Made by a program: the position numbers and the translations under genes
The notes under the pieces: generated by a model
Seen by the model: the letters and a program-made list of their open reading frames with translations, nothing else
Database searches by the model: none
What the model was told of the DNA's origin: nothing
Shown here: in pieces, positions 48,175-64,000 of the stretch
How the letters are laid out: each line of letters opens with the position of its first letter
Numbering within the stretch: position 1 is the stretch's first letter
Assembly: GCF_009914755.1 (NCBI RefSeq)
Contig: NC_060941.1
DNA length: 64,000 nucleotides
DNA from: the human T2T-CHM13v2.0 reference genome, Homo sapiens
Reading direction: 5' to 3' (one strand)

Positions 48175-50488
48175 TGTATTAGTTTGTTTTCATGCTGCTG
48201 ATAAAGACATACCCAAGACTGGGCAATTTACAAAAGAAAGAGGTTTAACTGGACTCACAGTTCCACCTGGCTGGGGAGGCCTCAAAATCATGGCAGAAGG
48301 CAAGGAGGAGCAAGTCACATCTTACATCAATGGTGGCAGGCAAAGAGAGAGCTTCTGCAGAGAAACTTCCATTTTTAAAACCATCAGATCTCATAAGACC
48401 CATTCACTATCAGAAGAACAGCATGGGAAAGACCTGCCCCTGTGATTCAGTCATCTCCCAAAACAAGTTGGAATTATGGGAGCTACAAGATGAGATTTGG
48501 GTGTGGACACAGAGCCAAACCATATCATTTCACTCCTGACCTCTCCCAAATCTCCTATCTTCACGTTTCAAAACCAATCATGCCTTCCCAACAGTCGCCC
48601 AAAGTCTTAACTCATTTCAGTATTAACTCAAAAGTCCACAGTCCAACATCTCATCTGAGACTAGGCAAGTCCCTTTCACCTATGAGCTTGTAAAATCAAA
48701 AGAAGTTTAGTTACTTCCTAGATACAATGGGGGTATAGGCATTAGGTGAACACAGCCATTCGGTGAACACAGCCATTCCAAATGGGATACATTGGCCAAA
48801 ACAAAGGGCCTACAGGTCTGATGGAAGTCTAAAATCCAGTAGGACAGTCAAATCTTAAATTTCCAAAATGATCTCCTTTGACTCCATGTCTCATATCAGG
48901 TCACGCTGATGCAAGAGATGGGTTCCCATGGTCTTGGACAGCTCTGCCCCTGTAGCTTTGCAGCGTACAGCCTCCCTCCCAGCTGCTTTCATGGGCTGGC
49001 GTTGAGTGTCTGCAGCTTTTCCAGGTGCACAGTGCTGGCTGTCAGTGGATTTACCATTCTGGGGTCTGGAGGATGGTGGCCCTCTACTCACAGCTCTACT
49101 AGGCAGTGCCCCAGTAGGGACCCTGTGTGGGGTCTCTAACCCCACATTTCCCTTCCACACTGCCCTAGCGGAGGTTCTCCATGAGGGCCCTACCCCTGCA
49201 GCAACCTTCTGCCTGGACATCCAGGCATTTCCATACATCCTCTGAAATCCAGGTGGAGGTTCCCAAACCCCAATTCTTGACTTCTGTGCACTTGCAGGCT
49301 CAACACCACATGGAAGCTGCCAAGGCTTGGAGCTTGCACCCTCTGAAGCCACAGCCCAAGCTCTATGTTGGCCCCTTTTAGCCATGGCTGGAGCGGCTGG
49401 GATGCAGGGCACCAAGTCCCTAGGCTGCACAGAGCAGGGGAACCCTGGGCCTGGCCCACAAAACCACTTTTTCCTCCTAGGCCTCCAAGCCTGTGATGGG
49501 AGGGGCTGCCATGAAGACGTCTGACATGCCCTGGAGACATTTTCCCCATTGTCTTGGGGATTCACATTTGGCTCCTCGTTACTTAGGCAAATTTCTGCAG
49601 CCAGCTTGAATTTCTCCTCAGAAAATGGGATTTTCTTTTCTATCACATTGTCAGGCCATAAATTTTCTAAACTTTTACACTCTGCTTCCCTTATAAAACT
49701 GAATGCCTTTAACAGTGCCCAAATCATCTCTTGAATGCTTTGCTGCTTAGAAGTTTCTTCCGCCGGATACCCTAAATCATCTCTCTCAAGTTCAAAGCTC
49801 CACAAATCTCTAGGGCAGGGGCAAAATGCCACCAGTCTCTTTGCTAAAACATAACAACAGTCACCTTTACTACAGTTCCCAACAAGTTCTTCATCTCAAT
49901 CTGAGTCCACCTCAGCCTGGATTTCATTGTCCATATCATTATCAGCATTTTGATCAAAGCCATTCAACAAGTCTCTAGCAAGTTCCAAACTTACCCATAT
50001 TTTCCTGTCTTCTTCTGAGCCCTCCAAACTGTTCCAACCCCTGCCTGTTACCCAGTTCCAAAGTCACTTCCACATTTTCAGGTATCTACAGCAGCACCCC
50101 ACTCTACTGGTACCAATTTACTACATTGGTCCATTGTCACGATGCTGATAAAGACATACCTGAAACTGGGCAATTTACAAAAGAAAGAGGTTTAACAGAC
50201 TTACAGTTCCACGTGGCTGGGGAGGCCTGACAATCATGGCAGAAGGCAAAGCAGGAGCAAGTCACATCTTGTGTGGATGGCAGCAGGCAAAGAGAGAGCT
50301 TGTGCAGAGAAACTCCTATTTTTAAAACCATCAGATCTCATGAGACCCATTCACTATCACAAGAACAGCATGGGAAAGACCCGCCCCCAGGATTCAGTCA
50401 TCTCCCACTGGGTCCCTCCCACAACACATGGGAATTATGGGAGCCACAAGGTGAGATTTGGGTGGGGACACAGAGCCAAACCATATCA
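48175..50488 (-). mobile_element. Full-length THE1A (ERVL-MaLR) provirus: 5' LTR 50122-50488, internal 48528-50121, 3' LTR 48175-48527
   Basis: Two similar LTRs beginning TGATATGGTTTGGCTCTGTGTCC on the minus strand. Internal region starts gtaaattggtaccagtagag. Perfect 5-bp TSD CCAAG at 48170-48174 and 50489-50493. Confidence 0.92.
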
Positions 50489-50643
50489 CCAAGACTATAT
50501 AAGACCTCTATGGAGAGAACAATAAAATTCCAATAAAGGTTACAGAAGATGATCTGAATAAATGGAGAGATCTTTTAGGCTCTTACTTCAGGTGACTTAA
50601 TGACACCAAGATGTCGAGTCTTCCCAAATTAATCAATATATTT

Positions 50644-51540
<897 letters not shown>

Positions 51541-51632
51541 TGAAATGGGCTTTGAATCTACGACTTACTGCAAACGACAGGATGTCAACTATCTCATTGA
51601 TAACACAATGAGTACCTATTGGACTGAAGGAC

Positions 51633-51634
<2 letters not shown>

Positions 51635-51666
<32 letters not shown>
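51635..51666. repeat. (TG)n microsatellite
   Basis: Directly visible run. Confidence 0.95.
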
Positions 51667-51667
<1 letters not shown>

Positions 51668-52077
51668 ATATACATTTTTTTTTTGAGACATAGTCCCAGG
51701 GAGGAGTGCAGCAGCATGATCATGGCTCACTGCCCCTTCAAACTCCTAGACTTATGTGATCCGTCTGCCTCAGCCTCCCAAGTAGCTGGGACCACAGGCG
51801 CATGCCACCAGGCCTGGCTAATTTTTTTGATTTTTTCTAGAGATGGACTCTCACTTTTTTGCCCACACTGGTCAAACTACTGGGCTCAAGACATCCTCCC
51901 CTCTCGGCTTCCCAACAGGTTAAGATTACAGGCATGAGCCACTGCACCCAGCCTGATAATATTTTGGGGGTAAATAAATATTGGGGTGAATAAATAAAAA
52001 TATTATTTCAAATATCAGTTATCCAAATTGATTATGTAATATTTAATCAAATTGATTATTGATTATTCAAATATCAA

Positions 52078-52900
<823 letters not shown>

Positions 52901-52939
52901 TCCACTTTATTCTTTTTGTTTTTTTCAGGGAATGGGTGA

Positions 52940-53188
<249 letters not shown>

Positions 53189-54271
53189 TAGTAGAGACAG
53201 GGTTTCGCCATGTTGGCCAGGCTGGTCTCGAACTTCTGGCCTCAAGTGATCCTCTTGCCTCGATCTCCCAAAGTGCTGGGATTATAGGCATGAGCCACCA
53301 TGCCTGGCCACCTTCTTTATTTTACAGAAGAGCCACGGGCCAGAGAGGCTACTTGAAATGACAAATGCCACTCCATTGGGTGATAATATCTGAACCTTGA
53401 ATCTAGGAATTCTGGATCTTAGCATTAAAAACAACAACAATGAAAAAAAAAACCTTGTATTTTGAAACAATTTCAAACTTAAGGAAAAATTGTGGAAAAG
53501 GTACAAAGACCTCCCGTATGTCATTTTCCCAGATTTACCCTTTTTTTTTTTTAATTTGCCACTTTTTTGTTACTCTGTTTCTATCTATGCGTTTTTCCCC
53601 AGAACCATCTGAGAACAGGTTGCTGACACTGTCTTTGTCTGCATGTGCCGGGTACACAAAGGTGCCACTCCGGTGTTTTCTGAAAGTAGCTGGTGAAGCC
53701 TTCCCGTAGTTGTGCCTTGTCTTTGTTTTACAATCCAAGTTCACCTTCAAAATACAGCGCCTCACTTGGCATGTCCAATGCCAACATGATAGATATTCGG
53801 AGGATTAAATAATGTTAGGTTAATCATCAATATGTTCACAATTGGTCCAAGGAGGTGAAAGACATTTTCTAATTAGCCCAAGCCTTTTAGAAAGATGACT
53901 CAGGGCTGAATTATCCACAGTTTAGAAAATGACCTCACAATTATGTTTCTTTGTTTTTAAAGTTTACTGTTTGGGCAAACACCAGCCCTGGTTTGTAGAC
54001 CTGACTCTGCCTGGGAACCAAACATAGAGATTTGATAGCCACGTATCTCCACCCTGTGGCCATGCGGGGAATCACACATGCCTGGATTCCCAAGCCTGTT
54101 GAATTCGTTGGGGTTGGTCTGTCAACGCCAAAGGAATTCTGTACTTTCTGGGTCAATGCAGCTGAGAAGCGGGAGGGCTTGAAACAGGGGAACAGACAGA
54201 AAACTCCTGCATGGCTTTCCAGCCCCTCTGCACGCCCAGTCCTTGGATGTTTTGTGCCGAAAGAAAACTCA

Positions 54272-54592
<321 letters not shown>

Positions 54593-54959
54593 TCAACTCC
54601 TCTCTAACTTTGAGTTTCTTTATTTCATATCCAATTGTCCCTTCCCAATTCCTAGATTTTCCCACCCCGACTGCAGTGTGTCAAAGGCAAGGGCAGCCAC
54701 CCCACCTGTGGTTGGTGTCATGGGTTTGGGGTCAGATAGAACAGGCCTTAAATCCCACCTCTGCCCTTGTGACCTACATGGTCTGGGGCTGCCATTCAAG
54801 GCCATCTGGGTCTCAGTTTCTTCATTTGTTCCAGCAATGGTCCAGTGCCCCTCCAGTGCGTTCACCCTCACCAGGCTCTGAAGCAAGCTCTTATTTATTT
54901 ATTTCTATTTTGAGAGGGAGTCTCAGTCACTGAGGTTGGAGTGCAGTGGTGCGATCTAG

Positions 54960-55067
<108 letters not shown>

Positions 55068-55699
55068 TAGTAAAGATGGGGTTTCGCCATGTTGCCCAGG
55101 CTGGTCTCAATCCCCTGACCTCAGGTGATTCACTCACCTGGGCCTCCCAAAGTGCTGGGATTACAGATGTAAGCCACCGCACCTGGCCACTCTTATTTAT
55201 TTATACAGACAGGGTCTCACCATGTGGTCCCAGTTGGGCTTAACCTCCTGGTCTCAAGCAAATCTCCCTCCTCAGCCTCCTGACTGGCTGGGACCGCAGT
55301 GTGACCCACTACACCCAGCTGATGCAAGCCCTTAACAAAAGGCCCTGCCATTCTCTCCCTGGGCATCCTCATGCTGTTTCGTCACCTCTGGGACTCTTTC
55401 TAAGCACCCCTGACCTGCATCCTCATTGTCCAAAATTTCTTTGCTGTCGATTCTTTCCTTTGCTCCTGTTCTCGGGTCCTTTGAATTTGACCTTTGGACT
55501 CTCCCCTTTGACCTACATTCTGCAAATCTGGCCACATGGTGCATTGGAGCCCGGGACCTACTCCTGAAGCCCAGGCTGAGGGCAAGCTCTGGGTTCCTAT
55601 GTGTCTGGTAAGGAAAGTGGGAAATGGGAACAGCAGGTTCTACCTTCCAGGAGTGTTGAGAGTTACAGGAAAGAATTGAGTAGAGTCCTTGATCCCAAA

Positions 55700-56785
<1,086 letters not shown>

Positions 56786-57289
56786 GCAGAATATCAATGG
56801 GCTAAGCTGCTCTGCCTTCCACAGAAGCAGAACAGGATCAGAAAACTCCCTCTCTAAGCATTCCGTACCTGGGTTAGCAAGAGTGTCACGAATGTCCAAA
56901 CTTGCTAGATTATCAATCTCACAGGCCATCAGCTGACCCAAAGGACATGGGGTCAGGAGAAAGTTCTGCATAAGATTCTCTACAAGTGTCAGAGAAAGAG
57001 CTCTGGGAAATGGGATTTTGGGGCCATTTTCACTCCCATCACAAACGAAGTAGAAGCAGCTTCATCCCCACTGAGACTGTAGCTGGCCTCTCAGAGCCTC
57101 AGGAAAACCTTGGAGTGTGAGGGGAGGAGGGGGAGCTTCATGACGAGAGAGCTGAAACTCCATAATCAACACGGTGTCAACTGGAACTTTCTCCTTAGCC
57201 TCTGGATTTCACATTTCCCTTAGGAGAATCTAATGTCTACCTCTTTATTTGGCAGTCTTATATGGAATTTATGTAGAATGTTGCTTTGA

Positions 57290-57696
<407 letters not shown>

Positions 57697-58398
57697 TGAT
57701 TTTTTAAAAATTTATGAATAAATAACCTATTTAGACATTTTGAATCAGAGGTACGTGGACCCAACTAATCATGTGGTTACTATCAGGAAGCCAGGACCAG
57801 GAATAGTGGTTAGAAGAAGAACCAAGTCATCCATTCATCCATCCATCCATCCATCCAGTAACGAATATGTATGATATTTTTCCTATATGGGGACACAGTC
57901 TAGAAGGAGCTTGGAGACCAGTTGGGGAGCCTGATAACATTAAGTGTCAAAATGTTACTACAAAATGTCCTGAGTTACAATGATAGAGAAAGTCAAGGAG
58001 TCCTGGGAGCAGGCAGGACAGGCACATCCCACTGTGGTGGAGGGCAAGTAGGCACCTGTGTAGCTTCCTGAAAATGGCTCTTGGATGGTGGATGGAGTCT
58101 TACAAGATAAGCAAGCCGGGTGCCTCTAAAGCAAAGTGCATGGCAAGAGGTTTGGATGAGGCAGGGCCTGGGGAGGAAGAGCTGGCCACTCCTTCCTGTT
58201 GGAGCAGAAAGGGGAGGCCTCGAGTGGTGGGAAGTGAGGGCGGAGGGAGAGGCCAGCTCACAGAACATCAGCTTCACTGACAGGCTTCAATTTCATTTTG
58301 CAAACAATTTAGAAGCCATTAAAAGTTTTTTTTTAGGCCAGGCGTGGTGGCTCACGCCTATAATCCCAGCACTTTGGGAGTCTGAGGCAGGCAGATCA

Positions 58399-58614
<216 letters not shown>

Positions 58615-59187
58615 TCAAAAAAAAAAAAAAAATTTTTTTTATATTAACTACAGAAAAAAGATCTATTTGTTGTAAAAAAAAAAGTTAGAAAATACAGACA
58701 AAAAGAAGAAAATAACAATGTTCATATATCTACATTTTTTCCTTATAAAATATGGGTTCAAATAACATATACTCTTAAAATTTGTATCATGTTCCTTTTA
58801 TGGATGTAATGTAATTTATTTAACCATATCTTTACTGTTGGGGATTTAGGATGTTTCTAGTTTCTTGCTATTATAACCAATTATGTGACCATTCTTGCAC
58901 ATAATTATTTCTTTAGGATACACTCTTAGAAATGTCTCGGCCCAGGGGTAGTATATTCGATAGGATTTGGGTGCAATTTATTCTCCTATCAGCCTGGTAT
59001 GGAAATATCCTTCAGCATATCCCATGGCCAACATTGGGAATGGTGCCTTTAAAAAAATGATTTAAACTTCTGCCAATTACAAATAAATAGTTCTCATTGC
59101 TTTTAAATAAATACCATTAATTCTGGCCGGGTTCTGTGGCTCACGTCTGTAATCCTGGCACTTTGAGAGGCCAAGGCAGGCAGATCA

Positions 59188-59451
<264 letters not shown>

Positions 59452-59524
59452 TCAGAAAAGTGTGTATCGTTCCATATCCAGATGATGTCTCTTAACACAC
59501 ACACAAAAAGAAAAGTAAAAATTA

Positions 59525-59776
<252 letters not shown>

Positions 59777-60003
59777 CTACCCTACCCCTAGTACCATTCC
59801 ACAAAAGTGACTACTGTTAGCCATTTCTTACACAGCTTTCAGAAAACTTATTATTATTTCAAAATTATTTTCAAAAGGGCTAATCCAGGCGCAGTGGTTC
59901 ACATTTGTAATCCCAGCACTTTGGGAGGCCGAGGCAGGCGGATCACCTGAGGTCAGGAGTTCAAGACCAGCCTGGCCAACTTGGTGAAACCCTGTCTCTA
60001 CTA

Positions 60004-60195
<192 letters not shown>

Positions 60196-61158
60196 TCATA
60201 CCTCACTTTTGCATATGTCCTAGAGACCTTGTTATACAAGTACACACAAATCTACCTCATTCTTTTATATGTGATTCCACAGTTTTAATTCATTCCGTTA
60301 TTTACTCATTTACTTGATGACTTTTATTGAATACCTACTATATACCATGGAGCTATACAGCAGAGACATAGCAGTGAAGAAGATAAATGAGGCCCCTTCT
60401 GTCTGGTCCTTGTATCTTAGTGGGCAGTAGACAGAACAAACAAAACAAAAGCAAGCTTCGTTCAGATCATCACAGAACTGCTGTGTGAAGATCTGAATTG
60501 TGTACAGCTGAGAGTGATGAGAGGCAGGAAGGGCTGCTTGCATAGGGAGGTCATGGAGGGACTTCCTGACATTTGAGCTGAGACTTGAGAAGGAGCCAGC
60601 CACACAATAATATAGAGTGAGAGCATTCCTGGCAGAGGAAACAGCTCAGGCAAAGGCTCTAAGGGGGAACAAGGCTAGTGTGTCCCAGGCTTAGGGTGCC
60701 GGCCAGATGAGTACAGAGTAGACAATGTGGGGAGCTTGGTGGGAGGCAGACGCAGAAAGGCAGAGGCAGGCAGTGGTCAGATCAGGGAAGGGTTAATACG
60801 CAAATGTGTGGATTTTGTCCTAAGTGGAAACTCTGAAAAATTTCAAGCAAGGGAGTCACACAATGGCACCTTGGAATGGGGTGGTGGATGTGGCCATTGG
60901 AGAAGGTGGACAAGCTCAGAATGCATTCTGGCCGTAGAGCCAACCCAACAGGCTGAAGGATTGGATGTGGGAGGGAGTGAAAAGAAAGGAATAAAAATTG
61001 CAGGTGACTTCTACGGTTTTCACTTGAGCAATTGGGAGGGCAGTAAAGGTGGGTCCCTTTACGGAAATGGAAAGACTAAGAGAGCAGCAGTTTTGGGGTG
61101 GAATTGGGGAGAGGAAACAGGGACTCTGTTGGGCGTACAGATGCTCAAATAAAGATGA

Positions 61159-61656
<498 letters not shown>

Positions 61657-61792
61657 TGAGCCACCACGCCTGGCCTATCTGAGTATATCTTTAGGAGAAA
61701 TTTCCAATAGTGGAGCATTAGTCAAAAGGTCCATGAATTGACTTTTTTTTAATAGATCTTGACAAATTTTCCTTCAAAAAGCTCTTGCCCAC

Positions 61793-62858
<1,066 letters not shown>

Positions 62859-63296
62859 CCCACTTACCTTCCCATCAAGAACACTCAACGATGTCCCTTT
62901 CCCTACACTCTCGCCAGTATTGGATATTTTCACACTCTATTTTCTTTTCAATCTGATAGAAGAAAATAATATCTTATAATTTTCAGAATTTGCATTCCTT
63001 TATTTGCCATTTTAGTTTTTTTCCTGTGAACTATCCATTTGCCCATTTTGCCATTGAGCTTTTAATCTATCTTACTGAGTTCCTCCGAGTGCTTTGTAAA
63101 TTAAGAAAATAAGCTCTCTGTCAAATTGCCTGCAACATTTCCTTCATAGCTTGTCATTTTTTAAAAAACTTTCAAAGGTGTTTTCACCCAGTGATGTTTC
63201 ATCTTTTTTCTGAGGTCAGATTTCTCAATCATTTGCTTTATAAAGTTTGAGTTTTCCTTAGGATGCTCCATTTCAAGAGTCTAATAAATTCACCCA

Positions 63297-63424
63297 TTAT
63301 TCTAAAACTTTTGTAAATTTCATTTTATATTTTCAGTTTATTCTAAAACTTGCAGTTTTCAGTTTATTCTAAAACTTTTAAATAGTCTAAGACTTTAGAA
63401 AGATTTCAGTTTATTCTAAAACTT
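63297..63424. repeat. Clustered repeats of (tttcagt)ttattctaaaactt, four copies
   Basis: Copies near 63297, 63331, 63357 and 63404 inside old L1 sequence. Confidence 0.85.
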
Positions 63425-63777
63425 GTGTAGTTTCTTCGTATTTAAATCTTTGATCCATTTGAAACTATTTTGGCTTACAGAGTGCGGTATGAACAGAACT
63501 TGAGTTTGTATAAGACTTAGCCAGCTGTCTCTACATCACTGATTGAGTAACCCCTCGTGTCCCATGCATAGTCCTAGGCGCCACTGTGCTGGATCAGAAG
63601 CGAAGGGAGAAGGTTAAGTGACTCACTCAGTATTTGACCACAACACTGCTTAGCTCAAAAGTCCACCTTGCTGCCCCCTTTTAGTTAAAATGAGCCTGTT
63701 AGTGAGACCCTTGATTTTTTTAGCTTTTTTTATTTTTAGTTTTTCTGGGTCATAGTAGGTGTATATATTTATGAGGT

Positions 63778-64000
63778 GCCTCGGGAGCATTCTGGACCAT
63801 CACAGACGCTTTGGGTAACTCTTACATTGGAGGGTAAGCCCATCCCCTTCTTAATCAATACGGAGGCTACCCACTCCACATTACCTTCTTTTCGAGGGCC
63901 TGTTTCCCTTGCCTCCATAACTGTTGTGGCTATTGACGACCAGGCTTCTAAACCTCTTAAAGCTCCCCAACTCTGGTGCCAACTTGGACAACATTCTTTT
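63778..64000 (+). mobile_element. HERV-H internal fragment (protease region), running off the window edge
   Basis: 63815-64000 translates VTLTLEGKPIPFLINTEATHSTLP...ITVVAIDDQASKPLKAPQLWCQLG, a retropepsin fold with the catalytic DTG replaced by NTE. Confidence 0.8.

Noticed and set aside
63297-63424. Short repeats with variable spacers, superficially CRISPR-like
   Set aside because: Eukaryotic context, irregular spacing, embedded in old L1 and no cas genes. These are local slippage duplications.

Overview
Human-like (Alu-rich primate) genomic DNA, recognisable as the GPRC5C-CD300A interval at the edge of the CD300 cluster (human 17q25.1). On the + strand it holds the three coding exons of GPRC5C (441-aa class C orphan GPCR; its 5' exon is upstream of the window) and the complete 7-exon CD300A gene (299-aa ITIM-bearing Ig-superfamily receptor). 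Both reading frames were assembled by hand across GT-AG junctions. The rest is intron and intergenic sequence: about 50 Alus, a full-length THE1A MaLR provirus, solo THE1, MLT2A, MER21 and LTR18 LTRs, a HERV-H protease fragment, L1/L2/MIR/MER relics, an orphan CpG island and a 1-kb GT-rich tract. I see no evidence of a new multi-gene system. The most notable unexplained structures are (i) a complex micro-rearrangement at 50.6-51.3 kb (an Alu split by an inversion, with a near-perfect 222-bp templated insert), (ii) an old inverted duplication at 52.1-56.8 kb around unclassified exon-like sequence, (iii) an alternative GPRC5C last exon that swaps the C-terminus, and (iv) two opposed Alus sharing one triplicated target site. 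Repeat subfamily names come from recalled consensus features, not from a database search.
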